From assembly GCA_036172245.1 (NCBI GenBank), contig JAYWIR010000012.1, positions 1,674,001-1,738,000 on the forward strand: 64,000 nucleotides of DNA. Direction: 5' to 3'. A program made the translations under genes and the position numbers. Of the stretch, positions 39,301-52,351 are shown one piece after another. Numbering within the stretch: position 1 is the first letter of the stretch; every line of letters begins with the position of its first letter. The DNA comes from Raillietiella orientalis. Taxonomy: Eukaryota. Under the pieces are notes generated by a model. It ran no database searches, was not told where the DNA came from, and worked only from the letters and a program-made list of their open reading frames with translations.

Positions 39301-42300
39301 GCGTTAGGAAGGCCAGTGGGCGGTTTACGGGGACGGAGTCAGCCTCCCAGCTCTCCCGCAAGCAGAGGCACTTTAGATGCTCCAGAGAAACGGGGACGTG
39401 GAAACCGAAGGCGGTGTGCGGTCCCTCTCTCTCTCCCAAAAAAGCAGAAGGAACTCTCCCACCTCCAGGGAAAGGCGGACAGTGACAGGTGGTGATGCAA
39501 CGAGGAAGGCCGGGGGAAGGTGAAAGCCGCCTACGTGGAAGGCCGAGGGTGCGCCCCCGCCCACCCAGCCCTCATCCCATCTCTTCGTGAAGGGCGCGGG
39601 CCCTATCCGGGTGAAAGAGGGAGGGGGGATCACAGAAGCTGAAGCTCCGCAGGGGAGTGGCGGACGGCGGATTCCGCCTCCGACGTGGTTTATCTTTGTC
39701 GGTCGGGTCGGGATGAATAATTTCTAGCTGTCAACTTCACCGGAATCGAGTACCATCAGACGCCCATCGAGCTTTGGTCGAGTGATCTCGTCGCTTCTAT
39801 TGACGACCGCCAGAGGCCGCCCGCCTATAGGGAGTGACGCGAGTGCGGACCCCGTCTCTGGGTATACTCACTTTCCCTTTTCCGCACGGTAGCAGGGGGC
39901 AAGAAAAAGGGCCATTTTTTCTCCTCTCCTCCTTCTCTTAGTCCTTCTCCTTCTTTCTTTCATCCTTTTTTTCCCATCGTTCTCATTCCATAACCTTGGA
40001 GGCGCGCCCTCTAGTGGCCTGCTCTTCCGAGACACTCTTTATCTAGAGGAGGAGGGAAGGTGCAGAGTGGGGCCTTAGGTGGCGAGCACGGGAAGTGCTC
40101 CCGGATGCTCAAGGTGTCTCCGCCGTGGCACGTCTCCAGGGGGCCCGCCTCTGGGTGGCAACGGCGCATGCTCCCGGGCAGTAAATGGGGACGTGCGGAG
40201 CTGGATTCCATCTCTCTTCTCTTCCGTGCCCGCAGGGGTCGCCTCGGCTTCCCACCGATCAGGAAAATCAGCATGGGGGGAGGGAGGAAGGACTTCACGA
40301 GTTTCTGGACCCTTCTGAGACGTGTACCCATCCGTGTCTTGGCGTTTGCGGCAAATCAGGAAATCCCCCAGGGTGTGCATTTTGTAGTCTTCCGCATTAA
40401 TCGAGCCGCGGTCTTTCGAGGTGACACCAGTTGTCGCTGTTTTACTGTTGATTCCACGGGATCGTGTAGCCCTTCTGAATCTTGGATGCTTCCCTCTTGC
40501 TCCGTGTTCAAGGGAGCTCAGGGGAAGGAAGGTTCGTCTCCCGACAGGGGGAGTTCCCGATTTGCAAACCCGAGTCCGGATCACCCTCTCAACAATAACC
40601 GCCGTGTTGTTGTTGGCGCTTCCGGGTCACCTATGGGAGCGTTGAGGGGAATTTCGCGGGCGCTCAAAGTTGATGGTGAACCGGTAGGTGGGTTGCAAGA
40701 AGGGAAACACGAAACCGAACCTCTAGTGGGAACATCCCTGATTTCTGGCGGTTCTCCGTCGACGTCTCGATCGCATCGAAGTGGAGAGGGAGCGGACCGC
40801 GAGCCGATGCCGTGACGTCACGCAGGCATGCACGAGAAGAACCGATCCCTCGTCATCTTTCCGCGCTGCTTGCTGTTGGCAACGCGCAGGCGAGGAAACT
40901 TGGAGACCTCCCCTGCATCCGCTTTCCCTGTCCCGAACGCGAACGCAGCTCGGGTCCCATCCGACTCTCCTTTGAGAAGTCTTCTGCCAAGCCTGCGGTC
41001 CCATCTTCCGCCCATTTTCGAAAAGGCGCGTGGACCCACCCCGAGCCGAGGGGTGCAGCAGGCACCCACAGATGCTTGCCGTCGCCTCTTGCAGGAGAGA
41101 GAAGCGCGCTTCCGCTACGTCTGTGTCTTCCCGTGCAGGGTATTTGCCTCAAGTGTTCTTAAGACACCTACAGAGCAATGGAGGCGGGGTTGCACGCCTG
41201 CGACTCGCTGATTGGACACGGTCTTTGTCAACCTGATCTGACCATCTGGTTGCTCCGGCCGGGAGCGTGGAGACGAAAGGAACGTGAACAGGCGTCTTCA
41301 TTTGCTGAAAGCACTCGAACGGAAGAGGCAGACGAGGAAAGTACCAAAGCGGCAGGAGAGCCTTTGGTGGTCTCCTCGATGTGAGAATCATTTTGGAACA
41401 CGAAGTGGACCATCCAATTAAAATCGAGGGCGCTCGACGAAAAGGGAGAAGCGCGGGAGGGGGGGGGACTATCTCTATCTATGACCTTGGAAGTAAATGA
41501 AAGCGTGCGTGCAGTCGAACGGAACTTCTGATTGCTCGGCTTCAGAGGAGCACTGATTTCTCCACCAGCATTCGAGCCTTTCACTGCCGAAGCGCGCGGG
41601 GAAAGAAAACAAAAACAAAAAAACGGTTCACAGGCGGACTCTGGTTCAGCAGCTGCTCCGTGATCAAAAAATCATCTGACAGTGAGAAGCCAGTGCAAGG
41701 AGCCATAAGCTTTCAGAGCGATCTTCGGGGATTGCAAGTGCAGGAGCTACCGCCGCAGAATCAAGCCAGGACGCCTGGTGGCGAGACTAGTCGAGACTAG
41801 TCATTAGTCGAGACTCCTGGATACGGAGTAACAGAAACTTCTTTTTCTGGGTGATGGATGCGAGAGGGAAGATTGGCAGAGGTATCCTTTGGAGTCGGCT
41901 ATGCCAAAGTGGTGGCTTGGGCTCGAACCAGACCTTCAGCTCAAAGCCGTTGGCGCTTCCCCCGAAACCATGGAAGACCAGAAGAGCCGAAACGTTGCGA
42001 CAACGGAATCTCTCATTTGGAAGAGTCTGTGCCCTCTAAAGAGCACCTTTCGGAAAGGAACGTCCTGCATCCGCTCCATGCTGCCTCGGGGACGCGTCTA
42101 TTGGAGGAACGCAAGTCATCTGCCACCTGGAAGGGCATTGTCAAGCCACGAGGTCGGCTGATGGAATCCTCGCGTCCGGGTGAAGCGCAGCCTCCATCAG
42201 GACAGCAAGCTGCGTTTGCACGTGATGCCGTGTATCTTCGAAACATCACCCGGACGAAGAGGACCTATGATGCCCCGCCGGATCTCATGGATCCTTTGCT

Positions 42301-42379
42301 TCTATAAACTCATCATTTTTTTCTTCCCTGCAACGAGCGGAAACTGAGCAGAAACTGCTTCAGAGAAGACAGACAGTCG

Positions 42380-43180
42380 GATGCAAGTCTGGCTCGCGTT
42401 GGCGGCCGCGCGGCACGAAGCGTCACGGGTTCGAATCCCACCTGGGGAAGGATCGACTCCGAGACCTGGAGGCTTCGAGTGCAGCATCAGTGGAACCTGG
42501 AAACCGGATGAAACCGGATGCCCCTGTTGACTGGCTTCCAATCCTGACCTGCTGGCTGGACGGGATTGGAAGTTGGACCTCTGGGGTCCTTCCAGCATAT
42601 CAAAGAGTCCTTCGGGGTTTTTCACGGTTGTGAAAATGGAGCCGTTCTTCCTCTTTCTGGATGGACCTTTCATCGCGATCCATGGAGCTGGTTGATGCCG
42701 AGGGGGCATGGTGCTCCAGGGTGTCAGAAACGCACTGCTCCCTTCCGAGAGAGCGCCTCAGAAAAAAGTGTGTCCCTTCAGGGTTCTCTTCAGAAGAGTA
42801 AAGAAGGAGTGGTTCCCTTGCGGGTTCCCTCTGAAGAAGAAATGAGAAGTGGCTCCAGAAACCAGAGGGTCCCTCCAGAAAGAACAAGTAAGAATCTCTT
42901 CCCTTCGGGGCTCCCTTCGTAGACAACGAGGACGAGGGTTTCCTTCGGAGTTCCCTCCCAAGCGTCAGAGGAACGGACTCCTTTCGGAGCCTTCCTGGAT
43001 CCATTAGGTGGTCGCTTAGGGGATGCCCTCTATAACCTGAAGAGTCACATGCCCCTCGGATCGCATAGACAGTGTCAAAGAGCTTCGTGACTTCCTACAA
43101 GTTCCGAACACGGTTCTTCGGCACTCCTTGGGAACCAAAAAAAAAAGAAAAAGCTGAAAGGAAAGCAGCGAAAACAGAAC
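42380..43180 (+). mobile_element. SINE-like element copy G (near full length)
   Basis: Head with perfect B box GGGTTCGAATCCC at about 42427, array at 42730-43000, tail ending in A-rich AACCAAAAAAAAAAGAAAAAGCTG. Confidence 0.8.
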
Positions 43181-46100
43181 ACGGGAGAATTTCCGTTTTG
43201 CAAGAGGCCGAAACTTCCGGTCTCTCTTGAGGCATGAACCCTCGATGACTCGGATGGCCGTGAAGAACAAGACCACTCAAGAACCCTGCCGGGAACCCCT
43301 CTCAAGCGAAACGCGCTGGCGTTCCAGGGTTTTGGGGTCCTTCGACCTCTTCCTTGGGAACTCTGCCGTCTTTTTGGCTCTGGAAAAACAGCCGGGCTCC
43401 GATGGCGATGAGGAAGGGCGCGCAAGCTGCCGAACACCCGCTGCCCGGGTGTTCTGCCCGAAATTGCTTGACCTCTGTTTGGACGACTTCTTCTCTAAGA
43501 GTGCGCTGCCTTCCTCGCGAAAGACCTCCACCGCCTGGAAGTCTCTCCTGTCTCAGCTGGATCAGCAGCCGGCTGATCCATGGCGGAGGATCTTCCGCTC
43601 CTTAAGAAACCAAGGACGCCACTCTCCGTTGTTTTAGCCTTTGATGACGCCGAACACGATGCTCGCAGGGGCAGAGGGATGCCCACAGGGCTTACCGTTT
43701 CAGGAAGCGTTCCCTTCGACGACTCGGGAAGCTGCGCGTCCTGAAACAGGCGGCCAATGAGCCCTCAGGACATTGAAGAGTCAGGGAAAGTCGCGGGGCA
43801 GGGTGCGGGCGGTGTGCCACTTTTTCGCGACGTGACGCAAACGGGAGACGCTCCAGAGGCGAGGAGATAATGGGATGTTTTCGTGGGGAGCGCGTGCGGA
43901 TCACACCCTTAGGCACACGGGAGCGCCACCGTGCGTTGGCACGCCCGTCCGCAGCGCAGGATCAAAAAGAAGCTTGGGAGATCGGGCGGGATCTCCCAGC
44001 TGGCTCCCTCGCAGGGGGGGGGAAAGAGGAAGCTCGAGGAACGGGGGATGGATGGCCTCCGCTATCGAAGTCGATCCCGGCACTTCCGCGCAGGCATGCT
44101 GGGGGAAGGAAGTGGACGGCCCGGGTAGCTAGCACTACCTTGGGTTGTCACTGGCTCCGAGCGCCGATGCCGGCAAGTAGCCTGAAGGACGGGGGCGCCC
44201 CGCGGCGGTTCGGGAGGAAGGCGGGCCCGACCCGGACAAACCGAGCCACGAACTCGAGGGAGGGGGAAGGGGGAGCTTTCCTCCCTACTTACTTCTCCTC
44301 TCCCCCTCGGGAGAATGCCGTGGAGGGCTACACGCAGCGCCTCGGGTGCGTCAGGCGGCAAGCGTCGGCGCCGAAATCCCTCACAGGCGAGGCCGGCCGA
44401 CGGGGCGGCCTGTTTTCCTCCCTCCGCGGAGTCGCCATCCGCGACTGGAACGCTTACGAAACCGGTCACATGACCCGACCGAACACTTAATCGGTCGTAA
44501 TGACCTTTTATCTAATCTTCGGTCCTGGGAGGCCCGGAAAGCCCGGAGCCATTTTTGGATTCCTTAATCAGCTTGCTTTATTTATTTATTCTTCCTTTCC
44601 AAATCGATTTTGAAATTGGAGTTTGCCCCGAGGGCGGCGCATACTTTGGAAGCAGGTCGCCGTGGACCCGAGAAGGCTTGCCTCCTTCCCCTCAGGTGGT
44701 TGGAGCAGCCCTCTTCAGGGAAGGAGCGCGGACTCCAGGAAAGCCCGCATTCCCCCTCCTCCCCGCTTCCCCCTCGTGCGCGGTCGCTCCCGGTGCCGAA
44801 GACGGAAGAAGCGCGGAGAAAGGCCGCGTCGTACCTACCCCCCGCCGCGACTGGATAGCCGTTCCTTGAGTGCCCGTCGCCGTTGCCAGGTCACGGCGAG
44901 GGGGCTCTTGCCAGCCCGTCGGCGTCGTTTCGTCTCCCTCCTGAGAGGCCGCCCCCGCTGCGAAAGGGCAGGCAGAGGAGCCGCCTCGGAGGTCGGTCCG
45001 AAATAGGAGAGGATGTCTGCGGGCGCCTCGGCGGGCGATGGAAAGGGACAGCGCCATCCCCTTCTTCCCCCCCGTCTTCGAGTCCCCGGTTGCGAAGCTG
45101 CTCGCTGAGGGTCCTCACCCGCGGGACTGCAGCGGCGGAGGTCAGAGAGGAAGTACCTCAGTGGAGGTAGTCCAGACCGCCGTCTCTCGCTCAGGGGTGT
45201 CAGGAGCGATTGTGGGAGGCCTTGTCCTCGTCTGCCTGCCTGGAGAACCGACATCCCGCTCGTCAGCATCGAAGTGTCTCGCCGTGCCCCGCGACGCAGC
45301 GGGCGACACGCGGGCGCGCAGGGCTTCCCCCGCCCGGTGGCTATCTCAGCCTCCATTGACTTTGCATTCGGGGCTTCGTCCCCCCGAGGGTCGCACCCTT
45401 GTTTCCCGAACTCTCCGAGATGCGGGAGCACCCGCCTAGAAAGAAAGCCAGTCCACGCCCTTTCCTCGTGCTGCGCGTATCCCCCGGTATTTCGGATGCG
45501 AAGGCAAGTCATCCCCGATCTTCGCCTCGCGTCTGGTCGTCTGCGTTCTGACGCACCGGGTGCCGTCTGCTTCGGAGAACGGCTGCGTTTGCACGTCACG
45601 CGGGCGGCTACGCGCTCTCGGAGGACAGTGGCACGAGGAACCGGGCAGCTGGCGAGCGCCACTGCCTCCTCGCACCTGCGCGGAGGTGACTGGCGGTTCG
45701 AACGCCGCGCACCCACGCTTCCGGGACGGAGGGTGCCACCGGATATCCCGTGACCTTCCTATCCCCGTCTCGAGGCTGCGGCGGAGCGCCTCCTCGGAGC
45801 GATTCCGGAGGCCATGCGAGACAACCAGCGGCGGCGGCGGCGTTTCCAAAAGGACGCACCTCCCTCTCGTGGTCAAAAGAGAAGGGGGGAAGCGCTCAGA
45901 AGCCACAGGAGCAGCGCGCGCGCGCACCCCGTAGCAGCTTCTGGTTGCAGCCAGCTTCTCTCCTTCCCCCTCTCTGGGATGCTCCCGGCACACTTTGCGC
46001 GTTTCGTTCGCGGGACCTCCACCTGACGCCGCGACAGAAGAGGAGCTTTTTTCAGTCAGATCGATCGGATCAGTGCACTTAGGGGTTCCTTCTCCCGGGG

Positions 46101-46351
46101 CGGTTTTCCCCAGAAAAGAAATGGAAATGAACTCCCCCTGCCTTAATTGGGGATGCCCGGCGGAGGCATTGCTTTTGGAATCTCCGTGGCGGCTCCCCAA
46201 GAGCCGGGCGGAGCGGAGGGGGCGTCCATTCCGATCGTGTCTGCTTTCTAGCCTACCCCGAGTGAACTCCCCGACCTCCCGACGAATCTTCAAGTAGCGG
46301 CAGCGTGCCCGGAAGATGCTTTCTGGACCGAGAGAGGAGACACTGTGAAGG

Positions 46352-46385
46352 ATGAAGTACGATTCGCTTTCGAAGCAGCCTCTCG
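46352..46385 (+). CDS. Kir channel predicted first coding exon (MKYDSLSKQPL-G)
   Basis: ATG preceded by an in-frame TGA. Donor G|GTAAGG at 46386 is phase 1, compatible with the acceptor at 46459. Confidence 0.6.
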
Positions 46386-46459
46386 GTAAGGGGTATTCCC
46401 ACAAACGAATCGAGGGATTGACCTCCGCCCCTTCCCCTTTCCTGTGCCGCCAACCTAAG

Positions 46460-46607
46460 GAGAGACGGTGGTCTCCCTGGACAACGAGTCTCTGAGCAAG
46501 GAGGAGGAGATCGAGCTGCACCCTGCCAACTACAATACCACGGTGAACTCTACCACTTCCTTCCTCCCGAACCACCACTCCGCCATCCACCGTCGTATGT
46601 CCAAAAG
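46460..46607 (+). CDS. Kir channel N-terminal coding exon (ETVVSLDNESLSKEEEIELHPANY...HRRMSKR)
   Basis: Polypyrimidine tract plus TAAG| acceptor, GC3-rich codons, and a phase-2 donor AG|GTACCA matching the phase of the main exon. Confidence 0.7.
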
Positions 46608-46638
46608 GTACCACCTCCGCGGAGAGGTTGCGCGACTC

Positions 46639-46671
<33 letters not shown>

Positions 46672-46674
46672 TGT
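46639..46674. repeat. (GT)n microsatellite at the start of a Kir intron
   Basis: Direct reading: gtgtgtgtgt... with one interruption. Confidence 0.9.
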
Positions 46675-49611
46675 CGCTGCTGGTCGACACCGAGGCCCAA
46701 AGAGGAGCCTGAGAGCCTATTTCCTCCTCCCCTGTACCGCACCCTTTGGCAGAAGGCCCACCAGCGTGCCCTCCCGCAAAAACCGAAATTTTCCCTCCGG
46801 AATTTCGGCGCGAAAACCCCCGAAGAGGAGGAAGCACGCAGCCTCCTTTCCTTCTTTCCTCCTCCCAGGAAGGAGCAGGAGAGTACCTTCGAGTGTGAGA
46901 CACCGAAAGTCTGCTCCTCCGCCCGGGAAGAGCAGGCTGGTTGCCTGCACCCGTTCCCGTCTCGCGCGCGGACCAGCCGCCCGTCTACTCTAGCCCGATC
47001 GTCCGTGGGTCGCGTGGTCCCTTCGTCCGCATTTGGCGGATTCCGACTGCTTCCGTGCCGCTGCCTCCACCGGTCTTCGACCTCCGAGGACCGCACCCGC
47101 AGCCCTGACTCTTTCCCGAGAGTCCCACGTTGCTTTCGAGAGGTTTCAGCCGCGTCTCCCGGATGCTGTGGTCCCGGGAGTATCCTGCGATCAGTTGGCC
47201 CGGAAATCGCTCAGAAAATCCCATTCCCTCCCTTTTTCCCGTTCTTCCCCTTTCCCACATGTGACCTCCTGTGGGGCTTGGCTGGACTCCAAACTTGGCA
47301 TGGGACCATGGAACTCTTCCCTTCCTCGGTCCTCTTGTGGATCGGGAGGCAGTGCTCTGATCGTGGTTCCCTGATGCCTCTCCGTAGGTGTTGGCCCACC
47401 TCTGTTCGTAGGACCAAGAAGCCATGAGGTCGCATGTCACGTCCTGCGTCGTGACGTGGGGGCGGATAGGACGTCGCCCACCCGTTTCTCTTCCCCCCTC
47501 TCCTTCCTTTCTTCCCCGCACATCCTGGGCAAGAGAGTGATTGCGCTCCCCACTTTGCCGCCACTCGCGCCCGCGACCGGATGCGATCGTCGGGAAGCGC
47601 GCCGGGCGGATGTCGCCAAACGCGCGAGATGAACCTTGACCTTGAAGGCGAACCCTACTCGGATGTTGCTGCTATCGAGAAGGCAAACAATCCCAGAGAC
47701 CCAGATATCATCTCTCTCCGGCTCTGCTTGACACGCCCCGGTTTCGACTATCAGCTCCGCTCGCGGCGATAAAACGCCCGAGGCAGGGCAGGTGCTCCCC
47801 GACGCCGCGCACGCCTGCACCGTAAAGGAAACGAGGAAGCGGAAGCCCCCGAGCCGTCCGCTTCCGCCCCACCGGAACTTACGTGACCACCGCCGGGGAG
47901 AGGCGGAGGGTGGTCCCCCCCTCCGCCTCTCCCTGCCTGCCCTGCGCGCAGGGAGATTTCCCTCCGGCTCGCGGTGCCACGTCCCGCCAGTGTGCCTGCC
48001 TCTGCCCATCCCTGCTCTTCCCCGACGGGGTGGAGTGGATGGGGCTCGATCATCTCTCACGGGGCAGCCGAGTCTTCGGGGAGGTTTGGTCGCCATAACG
48101 CCGGGGTGGTCTCCTCGCCACTGGGCTGTCCCCTGTGGCTTTGGCCTTTCCGGCTTCGTTTCCGCTGCCTCCCAGAACTGGACCACATCCTCCTCTCCTC
48201 TTCCTCCGCCTCGCGATGCCCTTGCTCTCCCGAAGGAGTTTCCCAGCCCAGGACAACCAGCTGTCCCTGTTGAGCGCAAAGAGGGCTGCGCCGGTATCTG
48301 CGCATTGGAGCTGCCCCGGGGCATTTCCTCCTCCGATAAGAGGAGGGTGTGACTTGGGGCAACTCCTCGAGCCGCTGCCGCTCTTGCTCCAGAATCACAT
48401 GCTCCAAGCAGCATGCCTTCTGATAGTGCCCTTTTCCCCGCTTCCTTCCTCCTCCCTTTGACCTGACCCCCAAAGGAACGCCATCCGCCTTCCGTCTCGC
48501 CTCGGCCGACCAGCTGACCTTGGTCCCCTCGCTTCCTCCGCTCCTGTGCCTCGCTTGCCTCGATCCCCTGCAAAGGGATCCACCAGAAATCCACCGACCT
48601 TTGACCTCCACAGCACGCGCCGGGAATTGTGCCCTCTTCCGGGTTAGACTGGACGGAGTTCCTCCCCGATCTCGTCTCCACGTACCCTCTCCAAACTCCT
48701 CTCTTGCTTGTTCTCTCCCCATGGAGCCGACCAGACGAAGAGACGTTTCTTCTCGATAGCCTCGGGGCCGAGCCGCTCTTCCAAGAGCTCCGAAATCTGC
48801 GCTCCTCCGTAGTTGTTTGGGGCGACCTTCGTGGGATGGCCGCTCGCATTACGACGCTTCCCAGAGAGGCCCTGGCCCCCTGCCATTCCCCAGGAGCCGC
48901 CGCATAGTTTCCGTGGAGACGGGCGTTCCCTTCCCGTTTCCATAGAATTTTCGTCTTGCCCGTGGGATTTCCTTCCCCCCCCCCCCCTCTCTTCCCTCTT
49001 TTGTGCGAGTGCAAGGAGCAGATCTCAGGCCAATTCGTTCCTGCCCACCCCTGGGGTCCGAGAGATGCCAAGTGGGGCAGAAGAAAGGAGGAGATGTGGC
49101 CCCTGCGAGCCCCGTTGACCGTTCCCAGTAGAAAGAAGGAAGCACGGAGAGGGTCGCTTTCTCTCCTTCCCCCCCACCCCCACCCCCAACACAACCCCTA
49201 TCGGCTTCCCCAGGCAAAGAAGGAGGGGAGCTGGGCGCGCGCGTCGAACCCTCCGCTGCATTGCCCCACCAACGCTGCACAATGAAGGGAGCGGAAGGCC
49301 GGAAACCTTGGATACCGCAGGTTCCGGTGACCTTCTCAAAGATCGAGCCTTCCTTGAGAGGGATGCGGGGTTCCGTGGGAAAGGAAGAACCCCGGGGTCC
49401 GCGTCTCGTTTTCATCGTGAGCGCGCGGACTTTCGCTGCCGGTGGGGTGAGGGGAAAGGGAGCACGAGGTCGCCATTCGCGTCCTTGCCTGGGGGAAAAG
49501 AGGGTGGAGGAGGAGGCTGCCCCCCGAGTTCCGTGGGAAGCGCGAGTGTTGCCACATCCACAGCCTCCGCGCGCGCGCGCTGGAGATAACAGCGCGGCAC
49601 AGGGGCGGGTC

Positions 49612-49630
49612 CTCCGCCCCTTATAACAGC
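49612..49630 (+). promoter_or_regulatory. Candidate core promoter (GC box plus TATA-like element) for an alternative Kir first exon
   Basis: CTCCGCCCC immediately followed by TTATAAC, about 190 nt upstream of a consensus GTAAGT donor. Confidence 0.3.
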
Positions 49631-49790
49631 AGAACTGCGCGACCCGCGCGGCGTCCTTTCGCAGCTGCCGATCCCTCTGCCGTTTCCTGGATACGCGCGA
49701 GCGTCCTCTCCCCCCTTCCCCGAGTTGGAGGGCAGTCAGCCGAGTGGACAGAACGCGCAGGTTCCATGCGTCACTCCGGGAGGCGCCTTC

Positions 49791-49816
49791 ATGTGGCTCC
49801 AATGCCTCGTCCTGTG
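49791..49816 (+). CDS. Predicted alternative first coding exon of the Kir gene (MWLQCLVL-W)
   Basis: ATG at 49791 and consensus donor TG|GTAAGT at 49817, phase 2, in frame with the exon at 51306. Confidence 0.45.
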
Positions 49817-50689
49817 GTAAGTGGGATCCACCCCATCCCGAGATCGTCCCTTCACCCCTCCCTCTGCCCTCCAAGCTCCTCGCCAACTCGCTGCTTCTGC
49901 GGAAGGAGGGATGGGAAGTTTGGGAGGGAGTCAAGACGAGGGAAGAAGAACCAATCCCTCCTTCCCAGCCAGAACGTCCTCTTCTTACCCTCCGGCGGAG
50001 CCCGGCGGCGTCCGTCCGCCTGCGGTCCTTGGGAAAACATGGGATGCCTCCTCCTCGCCTCGAGGGCGGATGGAGGCGGCGTCTCAGCCCGTCTTCCCTC
50101 CCATCCTTACCCGGGAGTCGATCTCAGGGTGGTGGAAACTTGCTCCTTGAAAGCCCTTTTCCTTCCGGTCGGTCCACCCTCTTCTCCCCTACAGTGCCAT
50201 GTGTCCCGAGTTTGAGTGGACTCGGAGAGGCGGGGAAGGCGGCGACTGGACACCACCGGCTTCCTTCTCCCCTTGCCCATTTGCAAGCCGAAGCTGGGCC
50301 CCTCCCCCTTCCTGTCTTCCCTGCCTCCTGACCGCTTGGAATCGCTCCAAAAGGAAAAGTGAGTGATCGATGTCTTCGACTTTTCAAGCCCTGGCAGCTC
50401 CCTTGTTCCCCCTCCAGGAAGGACTGTCGCGTACCCTCTCCCTTATTCGCTTGCACATGCGTGTTAAGGAGCTGTCTTGCCCCCGATGATGGCACCACGG
50501 CTTCGCGTAGAAACCCCCTCAGGCGATTTCCCCTGGTGTCTGCATTGTTACTGGGGTTTTCACTATCAAGTGGGTGCGACGAGATGGCTCCAAAGCACCG
50601 TTCGGGGCGCGCTTTTTCATGGTGTCTCTGGTGGGGGCACTCGAAGGCAAAACAAACTCCCATCTCCTTCCATTCCTCCTCCCCTTTCA

Positions 50690-50790
50690 CTCTTCCTCCT
50701 CCTGCCTGCTTTCTTCCTCCTCCTCCTTCTCCTCCTCTCTACTCCTCCTCCTCTTCCTCTCTGTTTTCTTCCCTCTTCCTCCTTCCCCTT
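50690..50790. repeat. (CCT/CTT)n low-complexity pyrimidine tract
   Basis: Direct reading. Confidence 0.8.
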
Positions 50791-50791
50791 T

Positions 50792-51165
50792 GCCCGCGTC
50801 GGAGGCCGTGTGGTTACGGTGGTCTCCGCGCGTGGCACCATGCGTCGTGGGTTCGAATACTTCGAAGGAATCGACGCAGTGCGTCATGGGTCTCGAGTTC
50901 ACCCCACAAGATGACGCTGGTTGGACTACATTCATCCGGGTGCGGCACTGGTAGCGATTAAAATCGGGTGCCCCCGATGAGGGCCAGGACCAATGGGAGT
51001 CGACCTCCGGGTTCTTTCAGGAATCACGGAGTGGGAGCTCCCCTCCGGTTGTGAAGGAACTGATCTCCCGTTCCGGGGGGACCCTTCCCGTCATACTGAT
51101 GGAGTAGGTGTTGCCACCACCTCTCCAGAGAGTGCAGAGACGCGGGCCGATCCCTCTTCCGGATT
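50792..51165 (+). mobile_element. SINE-like element copy H (3'-truncated, intronic)
   Basis: Head GCGTCGGAGGCCGTGTGGTTACGGTGG...GGGTTCGAATAC; close reverse complement of 56440-56812. Confidence 0.8.
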
Positions 51166-51305
51166 CCTCGCCCCTCCTCTCCATCAGCACCACCACCAGC
51201 ATACGTAGTGCACGTGCACTGAGCCCTGCGAACCTCAGTCTCCACTCTCACCTTACCCCTGAAAACCTGCTGACCCCGGCTCTGTTCTCTCTCCCTCTCC
51301 TCCAG

Positions 51306-52351
51306 GCATCGTTTGGACCGTTCCAAGAAGATGAAGAAGCGGATCGTCATGAAGAACGGGGACGTGAACGTGAAGCTGAACAACGTCTCCAAGGAGAGCC
51401 ACCGCTTCCTGGCCGACATCTTCACGACTCTGGTGGACTCCAAGTGGCGGTACACGCTGCTGGTGTTCTCGCTTAGCTTCATCCTGGAGTGGCTGGGCTT
51501 CGCCATCCTGTGGTGGCTCATCGCGTACTCTCACGGAGACCTGGAACCGGAGAACCTGCCCCCCAACCAGCAGGACTCCGGTTGGAAGCCCTGCGTCAAA
51601 GAGATTCACAACTTCGCCTCGTGCTTCCTCTTCAGCGTCGAGACGCAGCACACGATCGGGTACGGCTACCGGCACGCCACCGAGGAGTGCACGGAGGGCG
51701 TGCTCCTGCTGTGCCTGCAGAGCATCCTGGGCATCATGAGCCAGGCCTTCATGGTGGGCGTGGTCTTCGCGAAGCTGGCCAGGCCCACCAAGCGCACTGA
51801 GACGGTGCTCTTCAGCAGGAGCGCCGTGGTCGCTTGCAGGGACAGCCGCCTCTGCCTGATGTTCCGCGTGGGTGACCTGCGCAAGACGCGCGTCATCGAG
51901 GCCCACGTGCGCGCACAGCTCATACGCAAGAGGTTCACCAGGGAGGGCGAACTGATCCCCTTCGAGCAGCTGGAGCTGAAGCTCGGCTTCGACGGGGAAG
52001 AGGACAGGCTGATGCTCTTCTGGCCCACCGTCATCGTCCACCGGATCGACAGCGCCAGCCCCATGTATGAAATGTCGGCTTTCGACGTCCTGCGAGAAAA
52101 ATTCGAGATTTTAGTCACTCTGGAGGGCATTAGCGAGTCCACGTCTACGAGTCTGCAGGCCCGATCGTCCTACTTGCCCTGCGAGATACAGTGGGGCCGC
52201 CGCTTCGAGTCCCTAGTCGCTTACAAGGGGGACACGAACGAGTTTCAGGTGGACATGAAGCAATTCAACCGCACCTACGAGGTGGAGACCCCCCACTGCT
52301 CCGCCAGTGAGCTGGACAGGTACCTCCGGAAGATGGACGCAGCCACGGCCA
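51306..52351 (+). CDS. Kir: Inward-rectifier potassium channel (Kir/Irk family, insect Irk2-like), main exon
   Basis: DIFTTLVDSKWR slide helix, two TM helices, selectivity filter SVETQHTIGYG, AKLARP, CLMFRVGDLRK, IEAHVRAQL, FEILVTLEG and ARSSYLP. Acceptor ...CTCCAG|51306 and donor A|GTAAGT at 52352. Confidence 0.97.

Noticed and set aside
40250..41560. Possible BED-finger (DFLICRK, minus) and pogo/Tigger (NT...IQ.L, plus) relics
   Set aside because: Each is a single weak motif, which is not enough support.
45436..46614. 392-aa minus-strand ORF
   Set aside because: Partly the antisense shadow of a Kir exon, the rest GC-rich low complexity; no recognisable domain.
47629..47772. MNLDLEGEPYSDVAAIEK... 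as another alternative Kir first exon
   Set aside because: No phase-2 GT donor occurs before its stop codon.
47437..49194. 585-aa minus-strand ORF, and other long Arg/Gly/Pro-rich ORFs at 36-50 kb
   Set aside because: Stop-poor GC-rich intronic DNA with no codon bias and no domain.
50796..50880. Functional tRNA gene
   Set aside because: A 7-bp acceptor-like pairing exists, but the T stem is mismatched, there is an insertion, and the sequence continues into SINE body. It is a tRNA-derived head only.
51253..52142. Minus-strand ORFs of 262 and 158 aa
   Set aside because: Antisense shadows of the GC3-rich Kir exon.
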